Below are positions 17,351 to 27,225 of a DNA stretch of 64,000 nucleotides, piece by piece. Both the position numbers and the translations under genes were made by a program. The stretch is from an uncultured Rhodospirillaceae bacterium (GTDB taxonomy: Bacteria > Pseudomonadota > Alphaproteobacteria > GCA-2731375): the NCBI GenBank assembly GCA_964631725.1, contig CAZVYX010000016.1, forward strand, positions 36,773 to 100,772, read 5' to 3'. Under the pieces are notes generated by a model that did no database searches, was not told where the DNA came from, and saw nothing but the letters and a program-made list of their open reading frames with translations. How positions within the stretch are numbered: position 1 is the first letter of the stretch; each line of letters starts with the position of its first letter.

Positions 17351-19519
17351 CTACTGGCTCTTGGTCTCGCGTGACGCTTGCCCAAATAGCGCATCCCCCT
17401 TGGCAATGCGCCGTGGCTGGCGGATGCCGATGCGTTCACGCTGCATCAGGGCAAGGAATTTGTCCTTAAGTGTTGTTGTCACAACCCTCGCGTCGCTGGG
17501 ACTGCTGATGATGATCGGGCGGATCAGCACCACGAGTTCGGTGCGTCTGGTTGCCTTGGCGTTGCTGCCGAACATGGCGCCGATCACCGGTAGTTCGTGA
17601 AGCAGCGGAAGCCCGCTCCTGCCGTCCGACGCCGTTTCGCGGATCAGGCCGCCCAGCATGACCGTCTCGCCGCTCGCGATCGTCACGGTGCTGAGCAGGC
17701 TCCGGTTCTGGATCGTCGGCGAGTCGATGGTCGATGTGGTGGTACCGGTAACGTCGCTGACTTTCTGGACGATGTCCATCGATACCATGCCGGAGGCATT
17801 GATGCGTGGCTTTACCTCCAGGCTAACACCGGTCTGGCGGTATTCGACGGTATTCACGATTAACGGACTATCGGTGACGGCGCTGGTTGTGTTCTGGGTG
17901 ATGATCGGCACCTCATCACCGACATTCAGGTTGGCCACCTTATTGTTGACCACCAGAATATTCGGCGAGGAAATAACGTTTACTTCTGTCAGTTCCGACA
18001 GGGCGTCGATGACCAGCTTGGTACGGGTGAGGCTGTTCAGGATGAAGTTGAATCCCGGCACGATCGGTGACGCCACGGGATCGACGATCGAGCCGCCGGC
18101 AGCCGCCGTCTGTGTGCCACGGGTCAGGGTGAAAAGGCCTTCGTCGGTGATGTTCAGACCACCGTTCGAGACTGCATACTGGATGCCGTAGCGTAGCTGA
18201 TCGCGTAGATTAACCTCGAAAACGCTGGTCTCAATCATCACCTGCAGGGGCGGAATGTCGAGTTGCGCCAGCAGATCCTCGATCATGCGAAACCGTTCCG
18301 GCACGGCCGAAATCAGGAGGGCGTTACGCTCGGCATCGACGGCGATGGTCGGGTTATCATCGCCGGCCCGCGGCGGCGCGGTCGGAGCGTCACCTCCCCC
18401 GGCGCTGGCATTTGCGATGGGGCTGGCACCGCTGGCCGGGGTCGAAGTACCGACGATCTCACGCAACGCCGCGGCAATATTCTGTGCCTCACCGTATTGA
18501 ACGTAGTAGACGAACAATCGCCTTTCGGTTGGACTCAGGTTGCGGTCGAGGCGATAGATCCAATTACGCGCCTCCTCGATGTGGGCGAAATTGCGCGACA
18601 GCACCATGATGGCATTGATCCGGTCAATGGGGATGAACTCGGTGGCGATGCGGGCGCCCGGCGTACGTCCGGATGCACCAAAGATGGCATTGAGCTCCTT
18701 AAGTACATTGCGTGCATCGGCGTTTTGCAGACCCAGCAACAGCACGTGTTTGCCGGCCATTTGATCAACATCGAAGATGTCGACGGTGTCGCGGGCAAGC
18801 TGCAGCGTCGGCCCGTCACCTGCAATCAGAATGACGTTGCGTTTGGTGTCGCTGTAAGCGATCGCACGCTCGGGCAGCAATGGCGTGAGGATCTTGGCCA
18901 TCTCCTCGGCGGCAACGAACCGCATCGGGAAGGCGACAAAGGCGGCCGTGCCCTTTGTCTTATCGGCAGTCGCCGCCCTGCCGCCCAAGCGGTTCGGAGC
19001 GCCGGTATCGCGGGAGACCCGGTAGACGCCCTGGTACATGACGAGCCGAGCGCCAACCGACTTCAAAACCCCTTCGAAGATTGGCAGAACATCGGCGCGA
19101 CGGACCTGCCGGTTGGTAGACAGGGTGATAGTGCCGCTGACGCCCGGGTCGACAAAGAAATTGTGCCCCAACACCTCGCCAATGACGAAGCGGGTGACTT
19201 CCCGGACGTCGGCATTGCGGAAATTTAGAGTGATGTCGGCCGGACCGTCATCCGGGCGTTGCTGCCGGGCTGGCGGCTGCTTGCCCCTGTAAATCTCGTC
19301 AATTCGCGGCTGGCCTTTCGACGCCAGCTGCACGCCCGCCGGTTGCTGTGTCGCCCCCGGAACCGGGGTCATCGGTGGCGTTGCAGTCAAGGCTTGCGGC
19401 GTTGCGGAGACGGCCGGGGCGCTGGCATCGGGTGGTAGCTGCGATGGCTCCCTGACCGGCCGCGCGGTACAGCACGTCACAACGATTGCGATTGACAGCA
19501 CCAAGAGTCTCGTAATCAC
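17351..19519 (-). CDS. gspD: Type II secretion outer-membrane secretin GspD
   Basis: N0 domain (ITLNFRNADVREV...), N1-N3 domains, secretin core (VISSPNILVVNNKVANLNVGDEVPIIT), S-domain tail. Confidence 0.9.
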   Translation of the reverse strand: MITRLLVLSIAIVVTCCTARPVREPSQLPPDASAPAVSATPQALTATPPMTPVPGATQQPAGVQLASKGQPRIDEIYRGKQPPARQQRPDDGPADITLNFRNADVREVTRFVIGEVLGHNFFVDPGVSGTITLSTNRQVRRADVLPIFEGVLKSVGARLVMYQGVYRVSRDTGAPNRLGGRAATADKTKGTAAFVAFPMRFVAAEEMAKILTPLLPERAIAYSDTKRNVILIAGDGPTLQLARDTVDIFDVDQMAGKHVLLLGLQNADARNVLKELNAIFGASGRTPGARIATEFIPIDRINAIMVLSRNFAHIEEARNWIYRLDRNLSPTERRLFVYYVQYGEAQNIAAALREIVGTSTPASGASPIANASAGGGDAPTAPPRAGDDNPTIAVDAERNALLISAVPERFRMIEDLLAQLDIPPLQVMIETSVFEVNLRDQLRYGIQYAVSNGGLNITDEGLFTLTRGTQTAAAGGSIVDPVASPIVPGFNFILNSLTRTKLVIDALSELTEVNVISSPNILVVNNKVANLNVGDEVPIITQNTTSAVTDSPLIVNTVEYRQTGVSLEVKPRINASGMVSMDIVQKVSDVTGTTTSTIDSPTIQNRSLLSTVTIASGETVMLGGLIRETASDGRSGLPLLHELPVIGAMFGSNAKATRRTELVVLIRPIIISSPSDARVVTTTLKDKFLALMQRERIGIRQPRRIAKGDALFGQASRETKSQ

Positions 19520-19629
19520 GCGGCCCTTCCATCGAATTTAGAGCGCTTCAGCGGTAATCGGAAATGCTCTGATTTGTGCAATTTGATAGCCTAGGTGCTA
19601 TCGCGGCGGGGTTCAATGGACAAAGAGGC

Positions 19630-20130
19630 CTAGTTGCCACGGACATTCGCTTTGCCGGGATACGGCGTAAGGGCATGTTCCAGCCGTTCGTCGGCGCGGG
19701 ACAAAACCAGGCGGCGTGGCGAGATGGAAAGCATGCGCCAGCCGTCCAGATCGCCCCCCTCCTCAACCGTGATGTGCCGGCCGTTGGCGTCGACCAGCAG
19801 CGCGAGGCGCTGCTTTGCGGTGACGACGACGCCGCTCAACCGGTAGCGGCCCAACAGCATGCGATCGTCGCCGGCGGACGGTAGTGCGGCGGAGGGACGG
19901 CGCCGGCTGGCATTGAACAGTGGCCGTTCGATTACCGCGGAGAAAGTCTCACGCAGCGGCGGCGAGATAAGTCGGCTCAACGGCGAGCCGAAGGTGGCAT
20001 CTTGAGGCTGCACGACTGGCGACGGCTCCGGCAACCAGCGATCGAACGGCAGCAGCCATGGCGCCGCCGCCAGAAGCAGCAGAGCGGCGACCGCCGCCGC
20101 AACCGTGGTGTTGCTGGCGCGTGCCGTCAT
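19630..20130 (-). CDS. Small single-pass T2SS component, GspC HR-domain/PilP-like (possibly GspN)
   Basis: One N-terminal TM, then a beta-rich domain (RYRLSGVVVTAKQRLALLVDANGRHITVEEGGDLDGWRMLSISPRRLVL) resembling the PilP/GspC-HR fold. ATGA overlap with upstream gspM. Confidence 0.4.
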   Translation of the reverse strand: MTARASNTTVAAAVAALLLLAAAPWLLPFDRWLPEPSPVVQPQDATFGSPLSRLISPPLRETFSAVIERPLFNASRRRPSAALPSAGDDRMLLGRYRLSGVVVTAKQRLALLVDANGRHITVEEGGDLDGWRMLSISPRRLVLSRADERLEHALTPYPGKANVRGN

Positions 20131-20690
20131 GGGCTTGCCCGTTGCTGGAGCGCGACAACGTCGAGGTCGACCGACAGCCGGCGATCGCTGCCGATGCTCC
20201 GGCTTCCCAACGCACGGACGCGCAGGCGTTCGACCGCAATCAGCGGCAAACCGAACTCCAGATTGTGGAGGAGCTTCTGCAAACCGGAAATATCGACCCT
20301 GAGATCGGCGTGTAGCGAGATGCGCCGATAGCCCTGTTCGGCGCTGGTCGGTAACACCTCCAGGCTGGCCAGCTCCGCCGAAGCGGCACGCAACGCCGCG
20401 CTGAGATGCCGCTGCAGGCTGGCTTGGGCTTCGCCCTCGCTGCCTGGGGCAAGGATTGCCGCGGCACCGTCGGCACGGTTCAGCAGCTCGGCCATGTGCT
20501 GGTGCCGCGCCGCCTGCCGCGCCGCCGCTTCGCCGACCTGCCGACGATAATCGCGGGCCTCATCCAGGGCCGCGAAACCATTCCGGTAGGCCAGCGTCAG
20601 CAGCAGAACCACCAACAATAGGGCAATACCCGCTCCGGCGTACCTGCCCAGCCGAACCAGGGTGGCTTTTTGCTCCGCCGTACCCGCCAC
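20127..20690 (-). CDS. gspM: Type II secretion protein GspM
   Basis: ~187 aa, single TM followed by a periplasmic domain. Positioned between gspL and the gspC-like gene. Confidence 0.55.
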   Translation of the reverse strand: MAGTAEQKATLVRLGRYAGAGIALLLVVLLLTLAYRNGFAALDEARDYRRQVGEAAARQAARHQHMAELLNRADGAAAILAPGSEGEAQASLQRHLSAALRAASAELASLEVLPTSAEQGYRRISLHADLRVDISGLQKLLHNLEFGLPLIAVERLRVRALGSRSIGSDRRLSVDLDVVALQQRASP

Positions 20691-20705
20691 GACCCGCCGC
20701 CGCCG

Positions 20706-21758
20706 CTAGCGGCCCACTCTCGCCAGGTTGAAGACGAAGCGTTCGTTGTCGTTGCCTTGGTTGCGCACCACTGGTGCGGCGTAGGTCACCGCACTGAAGC
20801 CAGGCGAGGCCTCCAGTAGCTGCACCAAGCGCACGTTGCTGTCGCTAATGCCTTCGATCACAACGTCACGGCCGTCGATGGTCAGGGCGGTGAGCCAGGT
20901 ACCGTCAGGCAGGGTAGCCGACAGCCGGTTCAGCGTGTCGATCGCCTCGGGGTGGCGGCGCAGGTCGACCAAGGATTTGAACAGGTTGCCTTGCGCCGCT
21001 TGGCCGTCGGCGGTGCCGCTCGCCAGCAACTCGCCGCGTAATTCGTTCGTCGCGTCAGTGATCGCCCCGGCGCGATGCTGCAGCCAGAGTGGCGGCGAGA
21101 TCAGCGCCGCCACGAGGGCCGTCAACAGGGCAAAGCGGTGCCACCGGTACGGTCCTGTCCGCGACCTTGTCAGGTCGTCCGGCAAATCCAGGGCGACCCC
21201 GTTCCCACCGAGATCCGCGGTCAGCCGCACAACATTCAGGTTGTGCGCCCATAGGCCCGCCAGCAGCGGCCGCAGCGCCTGGCGCTGGGTAATCATCACC
21301 TGCGCCGTTATCTCTCTCGTATCGCCGGGGATCGTCTCGAAGCGCCAACCGTAGGTGACATCGTCGGCGCGAAACGGCGTATGACGCTCGATCTCAAAGC
21401 CGATCGCACCCTTGAGGTCGGACTGCGGCGTGGTCCGCGGCAACCGGAAGTCGCGCCGCAGCAGCCGGTCCTCGTCCAGGTGCAACGCAACCGGTAGGCT
21501 ATCTTGGGCAGTCAACCGGGCAAGCGCCTCGTCGCCTTCAATGACCCGTGCCTCGCCCGTGGAATTGAATTGCAGGCGGGCCAGCGGCGCCGATTTCAGC
21601 CGCTCGCTGACCACCGCGATATCGCCCTCCAGGTTGACCAGGATGCGTGGTGGCGACAAGGCATCGAGATTGCCCAACAGACCGCCCAACCAGTTTTGCC
21701 ACTTGTTGCCGCCGCTCGGTAGAGAGGGTGTCGATGCCACTAAAATGCCCTTTAGCAT
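20706..21758 (-). CDS. gspL: Type II secretion protein GspL
   Basis: ~350 aa with a cytoplasmic actin-like domain, one TM (FALLTALVAALISPPLWL) and a periplasmic domain. First gene of the minus-strand gsp operon. Confidence 0.65.
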   Translation of the reverse strand: MLKGILVASTPSLPSGGNKWQNWLGGLLGNLDALSPPRILVNLEGDIAVVSERLKSAPLARLQFNSTGEARVIEGDEALARLTAQDSLPVALHLDEDRLLRRDFRLPRTTPQSDLKGAIGFEIERHTPFRADDVTYGWRFETIPGDTREITAQVMITQRQALRPLLAGLWAHNLNVVRLTADLGGNGVALDLPDDLTRSRTGPYRWHRFALLTALVAALISPPLWLQHRAGAITDATNELRGELLASGTADGQAAQGNLFKSLVDLRRHPEAIDTLNRLSATLPDGTWLTALTIDGRDVVIEGISDSNVRLVQLLEASPGFSAVTYAAPVVRNQGNDNERFVFNLARVGR

Positions 21759-22027
21759 TGTGCGACAATGCCACGAAGAGGGCAGGCCGCATCCCCTTCA
21801 CAACTTAAGCTACATTGTCCGACCGGCGCAAGACCGCTCGACGAAGCGCTTCGGTCCGGCCGGCTGCTTCCACTGGATTGACCAGCGGGCTGGGGTGCCA
21901 GGCAGCCCCGAGGCATCATGGGGCGGTGCCGGCAGACGGCCATTCGGCAAGCGTTCCCGCTAATTTGGCTCGCCTCGAGACTGGTACCATGGCAATCGGC
22001 GCGATGTTCCGCATGTACCCGGCCCTG

Positions 22028-24475
22028 TCATAGCCGTGTCGCGCGAAGCCGCAGGGCGTTGGAGATTACCGAGACCGAGCTCAAACTCATCGCCGCCGCC
22101 GCGATGATCGGGCTTAGCAACAGGCCGAAGAACGGATACAACACGCCCGCCGCCAGCGGTACGCCAAGGGCGTTGTAGAAAAAGGCAAAGAAAAGATTTT
22201 GCCGGATGTTTCCCATGGTCGCCCGGCTGATCCGCCGGGCCCGTACGATGCCGTTAAGATCGCCCTTCACCAGGGTGACGCCGGCGCTCTCGATCGCCAC
22301 GTCGGTGCCGGTGCCCATGGCGATGCCGATATCGGCCTGGGCCAAGGCCGGGGCGTCATTGACGCCATCGCCGGCCATCGCCACCACGTGGCCTTCATCC
22401 TGCAGACGGCGTACCGCCGCGCTCTTTTGGTCGGGCAGGACATCGGCGACGATCTCGTCGATATCAAGCTGTTTCGCCACCGCCTCCGCCGTGGTCCGGT
22501 TATCGCCGGTCAGCATCACGATCCGCAGGCCCTCGGCATGCAGGGCCTGTATCGCACCCGGCGTGGTCTCCTTGATGGGGTCGGCCACGGCGATCAGGCC
22601 GGCGGCGGTGCCGTCAATGGCGGCGAACATGGCGGTCGCGCCCTGGCCGCGCAATTCATCCGCCGGCAGAGCAGAAATATCCGCGCCCTGTTTGGCCATC
22701 ATGGCGGCGTTGCCGAATGCCACCGCGCGGCCATTCACATCACCCGCGACGCCCTTGCCGATGGCCGCCTGGAAGCCTGTCGGTTCGGCCAGTTCAATAC
22801 CGCGTGCCTGGGCGCCGGCGACGACCGCCGCCGCCAACGGATGCTCACTGGCCCGCTCCAGGCTGGCGACCATGGCCAGGACTTCGTTCTCCTTGAAGCC
22901 CGGCGCGGCGACCACCTCGGTCAGGGCCGGCTTTCCAAGGGTCAAGGTGCCGGTCTTGTCGACGATCAGCGTATCGACCTTCTCGAAACGCTCAAGCGCC
23001 TCGGCGCTCTTGATCAAGACCCCGGTTTGGGCGGCCCGTCCGGTGCCGACCATGATCGACATCGGCGTCGCCAGGCCCAGGGCACAGGGACAGGCGATGA
23101 TCAGCACCGAGACGGCGGCGAGCAGGCCGTATGCCAGGGGCGGTGTCGGTCCCCAGATAGCCCAGGCAATGAAGGCGGCGACGGCGCAGGAGACCACGGT
23201 GGGGACAAAGTATCCGGCCACGGTATCGGCGATGCGTTGGATCGGCGCCCGGCTGCGTTGCGCCTCCGCCACCATCTGCACGATGCGGGCCAGCATGGTC
23301 TCCGCACCGACCTTGTCGGCGCGCATGACCAATGCGCCGGTGCCGTTGAGGGTGCCACCGATGACGCCATCGCCGCTCAGTTTTTCCACCGGAATGGACT
23401 CGCCGGTAATCATCGATTCATCGACGGCGCTGTGACCGTCGATAATCTCGCCGTCCACCGGAATGCCTTCGCCGGGGCGGACCCGCAACCTATCGCCCAT
23501 ATGCACCTCGGAGAGAGCGATTTCCTCTTCCCCGCCGTCTTCCAGCAGACGCCGCGCCGTCTTCGGCGCCAAGTCCAGCAAGGCGCGCAAGGCGCCGGAA
23601 GTGCGCTCGCGGGCGCGCAGCTCCATGACCTGCCCCAGAAGCACCAGGGTGATGATCACCGCCGCCGCCTCCAGATAAATCGCGACCCGTCCGCCGGCAT
23701 CGCGGAAGCCTTCCGGGAAGACGCCGGGCAGCAACACGGCGATGATGCTGTAGCCATAGGCGGCGCCGGTGCCGATGGCGATCAGCGTGAACATGTTCAG
23801 CTTCATGGTCAGCAGCGATGTCCAGCCGCGCTGGAAGAACGGCCAGCCGGCCCAAAGAACCACCGGGCTGGCCAGGACAAGCTGGACCCAAGGGTTCCAC
23901 CAACCGCCAACAACACTGCTCAGACCCGGTATCATCTCGCCCATGGCCAGGATCAATACCGGCAAGGTTAGCGCGCCGCCGATCCAGAAGCGGTGGGTCA
24001 TGTCGATCAGTTCCGGGTTTGCTTCGGCCTCGACCGTCACTGTCACCGCCTCCAGCGCCATGCCGCAAATCGGGCAATCGCCCGGCGCGTCCTCGACCAC
24101 CTCCGGGTGCATGGGGCAGGTGTACTTGGTCGCCGTGGCGCCGATGACCATGTCGGCCTCCAGCGCCATGCCGCATTCCGGACAGCTGGCCGGCGTGGCG
24201 CTCCACACGCCGGGGCACATGGGACAGATGTAGCCATCCCGATCGGACGTGCCGGTTGATGTGCTCGTTTTTTCGGCGGCTTTGGCGGTGCCGTCGAGAT
24301 AGCCGCTCGGGTCATTCTCGAACTTGGCGGCGCAGCCCGGGCAGCAGAAATGATAGGTCTCGCCCTCATGGGTAACCGTCGGCTTGCCCGCTGACCCATC
24401 AACCGTCATGCCGCAAACAGGGTCGATGGCCGGCTCGACAGTCCGCTCACCGGAAGCCGCTTGAATTTCCGCCAT
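22028..24475 (-). CDS. copA: Copper-translocating P1B-type ATPase with N-terminal TRASH/YHS-like and CPxC heavy-metal-binding domains
   Basis: N-terminal Cys motifs (HFCCPGC; [15 protein letters not shown]; [15 protein letters not shown]). TM CPC motif ([13 protein letters not shown]), DKTGTLT phosphorylation site, [10 protein letters not shown]. Confidence 0.9.
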   Translation of the reverse strand: MAEIQAASGERTVEPAIDPVCGMTVDGSAGKPTVTHEGETYHFCCPGCAAKFENDPSGYLDGTAKAAEKTSTSTGTSDRDGYICPMCPGVWSATPASCPECGMALEADMVIGATATKYTCPMHPEVVEDAPGDCPICGMALEAVTVTVEAEANPELIDMTHRFWIGGALTLPVLILAMGEMIPGLSSVVGGWWNPWVQLVLASPVVLWAGWPFFQRGWTSLLTMKLNMFTLIAIGTGAAYGYSIIAVLLPGVFPEGFRDAGGRVAIYLEAAAVIITLVLLGQVMELRARERTSGALRALLDLAPKTARRLLEDGGEEEIALSEVHMGDRLRVRPGEGIPVDGEIIDGHSAVDESMITGESIPVEKLSGDGVIGGTLNGTGALVMRADKVGAETMLARIVQMVAEAQRSRAPIQRIADTVAGYFVPTVVSCAVAAFIAWAIWGPTPPLAYGLLAAVSVLIIACPCALGLATPMSIMVGTGRAAQTGVLIKSAEALERFEKVDTLIVDKTGTLTLGKPALTEVVAAPGFKENEVLAMVASLERASEHPLAAAVVAGAQARGIELAEPTGFQAAIGKGVAGDVNGRAVAFGNAAMMAKQGADISALPADELRGQGATAMFAAIDGTAAGLIAVADPIKETTPGAIQALHAEGLRIVMLTGDNRTTAEAVAKQLDIDEIVADVLPDQKSAAVRRLQDEGHVVAMAGDGVNDAPALAQADIGIAMGTGTDVAIESAGVTLVKGDLNGIVRARRISRATMGNIRQNLFFAFFYNALGVPLAAGVLYPFFGLLLSPIIAAAAMSLSSVSVISNALRLRATRL

Positions 24476-24629
24476 GGTTTACTCCCAGAGCCTATTTCAT
24501 CGAAATGTGCTCAGTTTCTAAAGAATAGAGCAATTGAACCAATCACTTAGGTCGCGTACGCGACACCAACCGATTGAAAATTGCTCTGGCAACAGTTTTC
24601 CAGGCATTCCCACCCAGAACCATCTACTC

Positions 24630-24662
24630 TTAACATGGGGTTTCCAGTCACTGGAATGTCAA
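24630..24662 (-). promoter_or_regulatory. Candidate CueR/MerR-type operator within the copA promoter
   Basis: On the minus strand: -35 TTGACA followed immediately by the perfect dyad TTCCAGTGACTGGAA (half-sites TTCC/GGAA resemble CueR boxes). This arrangement matches MerR-type promoters, where the operator sits between -35 and -10. It lies in the copA-cueR divergent intergenic region. Confidence 0.35.
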
Positions 24663-24766
24663 GGTGGAACTTGCTAAGCTATGCCAAGTAAGCGCCGCAG
24701 CCACGAACCTGCGTTCGGTTGGTGGTGAAAGGCCACTTCGCGCATGGGACCAAGGGAGAACCGGCC

Positions 24767-25189
24767 ATGAATATCGGAGACGCGGCAAAAGCCACGGGTC
24801 TGCCGCCGAAGACCATTCGTTATTACGAGGACATCAAGCTTGTCATCGCCGACCGCTTGGAAAATGGTTATCGCACCTATTCGGATGCCCATATCCACAA
24901 GCTGCGGTTCGTGCAAAGGGCACGCGGTTTGGGTTTCTCGATCGATGATTGCCGGGCCCTGCTGTCCCTTTATGAAGATCGGAACCGGGCCAGCGCGGAG
25001 GTGAAGGGCATCGCCAGGAAACATCTGCGGGACATCGAAGCAAAGATAAGCGAGTTGCAGAATTTGCAGGAGACGTTGTCCCATCTCGTCGCGCATTGTG
25101 CCGGCGATCATCGCCCCGACTGCCCAATCATTGATGATCTTGCCGGGGAATTCCAAGGAATGCCAAGGGATGATGTGAAGCTGCACTGA
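24767..25189 (+). CDS. cueR: MerR-family Cu(I)-responsive transcriptional regulator
   Basis: N-terminal HTH (MNIGDAAKATGLPPKTIRYYE). C-terminal metal-binding Cys pair (CAGDHRPDCP). Divergent from copA. Confidence 0.8.
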   Translation: MNIGDAAKATGLPPKTIRYYEDIKLVIADRLENGYRTYSDAHIHKLRFVQRARGLGFSIDDCRALLSLYEDRNRASAEVKGIARKHLRDIEAKISELQNLQETLSHLVAHCAGDHRPDCPIIDDLAGEFQGMPRDDVKLH

Positions 25190-25294
25190 TCTGCGCCGAA
25201 GATCCAACGGCATAGAGGAGCCCCATGAATATTGGAGGCGCCGCCGATCCAGCGGGTTTGTCAGCAAAGGCCATTTATGTTGCTGGAAAGATTT

Positions 25295-26530
25295 ATGAAG
25301 ATCATTACGAAGATCAGTTCACCGGGCCTTGGATTCCTGGCGAATGTCGGGATCCTCTTGCTAGCGTCATCACCGGCATTTGCGGAGAAGGAGGTCTATC
25401 TACATCAAATCCAGCGGATCGGCGGCGTCGTCATTTCGGCTGCCGATGGCCGTAGTTTTCTGGTTGGCAGCGATTATGGCGCGCTCTCCGTGGCGCCCGA
25501 TGGCCGTGTCACGCGGCTATCCAAGGACGCCGGTTTCCTGACGGAGCTGATTGCCCACCCAAGGCAGACAGATGTCCTGTTCTCCAGCGGGTACCGCTCT
25601 AAGACCGAGAAGCTGGGCGTGATCCGTTCAGACGATGCGGGCAGGACATGGTCGCGGATATCCGATGCCGCCGGGGGACCGGTCGCGTTCCATGCCATGG
25701 CCATCAGCGCCATTGAGCCATCGATCATCTATGGCGCCGGGAAGACTGTGCAAATCAGTCGTGATGGCGGAAAGAACTGGCGCGCCATGGGCCGTCCGCC
25801 GGGACAGATCTATGGCATCGCGCTCTCTACCAAGAATCCGAAGTCCCTATATGCCGCCACCCATGAAGGTTTATTCGGCAGCATGGATGAAGGTGCCACC
25901 TGGACCAGGATCAACCCCGCTACGCGCCCCGCCACGGCGGTTACCATGGCGTCCAACGGCCAAATATATGCTTTCGTCTATGGTATTGGATTGTTGGTTG
26001 GCTCGGAGCCGGGGACCAACTGGAATCTTGTGTCGAAAGATTTTCAGGACCGGGCCCTCGTCAACATTTCCGTGGACACGACCAATCCAACGCGCCTGCT
26101 TGGAGTCGCGGACACCGGTGCCGTCATGCTCAGCCGGGACGGCGGCAAGAATTGGATCAGTTTCGAGGGGCAACTGGACAGAGCGCCCCAACGAATTTCC
26201 GCAGGAGAGGCGCTGTTCAACGATAATTGTCAGGCTTGTCACGGCGCCAAGGGTATTGGCGAGAAGCCCGATGATCCGCGTGCGGTGGACGAAAATGGCT
26301 TTCCCCTGGCCCCCGCCCTGAACGATGATGCCCATGGCTGGCATCATGGGGACGATCAACTCATGGCTACGATATTGAACGGCTCACCACGCAACAAGCG
26401 GATGGCCGCCTGGAAGGACGGGGGTATGACCAGCGAAGATGCGCGAAACCTGGTCGCCTATATAAAGAGCCTTTGGAATTTCCGCAGCCTTGCCTGCCAG
26501 GGCGGACGCCACATGCGCTGCATGCACTGA
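25295..26530 (+). CDS. Secreted BNR/Ycf48-like beta-propeller protein fused to a C-terminal monoheme cytochrome c domain
   Basis: Signal peptide MKIITKISSPGLGFLANVGILLLASSPAFA. Multiple DxGxTW/DGGKNW BNR-type repeats. C-terminal CQACHG heme motif with a downstream Met ligand region. Confidence 0.6.
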   Translation: MKIITKISSPGLGFLANVGILLLASSPAFAEKEVYLHQIQRIGGVVISAADGRSFLVGSDYGALSVAPDGRVTRLSKDAGFLTELIAHPRQTDVLFSSGYRSKTEKLGVIRSDDAGRTWSRISDAAGGPVAFHAMAISAIEPSIIYGAGKTVQISRDGGKNWRAMGRPPGQIYGIALSTKNPKSLYAATHEGLFGSMDEGATWTRINPATRPATAVTMASNGQIYAFVYGIGLLVGSEPGTNWNLVSKDFQDRALVNISVDTTNPTRLLGVADTGAVMLSRDGGKNWISFEGQLDRAPQRISAGEALFNDNCQACHGAKGIGEKPDDPRAVDENGFPLAPALNDDAHGWHHGDDQLMATILNGSPRNKRMAAWKDGGMTSEDARNLVAYIKSLWNFRSLACQGGRHMRCMH

Positions 26531-26589
26531 TAACGTTCTGCTGTTTGCATGTCGGTCTTGGCGTGACCACGAGGAAGGGAACCGCATTC

Positions 26590-27156
26590 ATGCGCGTTCA
26601 AATAAAATCCGTTTCCGACTATCCCTGGTTCATCCGCGCATTCTTTTGGAAACAGAAAAGGAGCTATGGAACGGTTCTTGAGCCAGGCATGCTTTGGGGC
26701 CGATCGCCTTGGGTCTTCGCCACGCTGGCGCTTCTATATGGCGCCTTGAACCGGAAGCGCTCACCACTCGATCCCGTCCTACGCTCTCTCGTTACCGTCC
26801 GTGTTTCCCAGATCAACCACTGCGCCTTCTGCGTCGACATCAATGCCTCGACGCTATTGAAACGCGGTGCCTCGATGGACAAAATCGAGGCCCTACAGAT
26901 TTGGCGCGACAGCAGCCTTTTCAATGATCTGGAGCGTGATGCGCTCGAATATACCGAGGCCATGACCTATTCGGACAGGGACGTAGATGACGAGCTCATT
27001 GCACGACTGAAGTCACATTTCGACGATGATGCCTTGGTTGAGTTGACCGGTCTCATCGCTTTTCAAAACATGTCGAGCAAGTTCAACAGCGCCCTTGATG
27101 TGCCGGCACAAGGCTTTTGTCAGATTCCGGCGCTCGACCAACAGCTACCTAGGTAA
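26590..27156 (+). CDS. Carboxymuconolactone decarboxylase (AhpD-like) family protein
   Basis: CMD-family core with INHCAFCVD and EALQIWRDSSLF. Confidence 0.65.
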   Translation: MRVQIKSVSDYPWFIRAFFWKQKRSYGTVLEPGMLWGRSPWVFATLALLYGALNRKRSPLDPVLRSLVTVRVSQINHCAFCVDINASTLLKRGASMDKIEALQIWRDSSLFNDLERDALEYTEAMTYSDRDVDDELIARLKSHFDDDALVELTGLIAFQNMSSKFNSALDVPAQGFCQIPALDQQLPR

Positions 27157-27225
27157 ATATTCACCGCTTGCGCCGCATCTTGAAGTCCTAGGCCAGTCTG
27201 TCTCGCAAAAATGGAAATTACTGGC

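Noticed and set aside
22199-23971. 590-aa ORF on the + strand (and a similar 409-aa ORF at 22206-23435) rich in Gly/Arg/His
   Set aside because: It lies entirely antisense to the well-supported copA gene. Such ORFs arise from high GC content and codon bias, and there is no recognisable domain.
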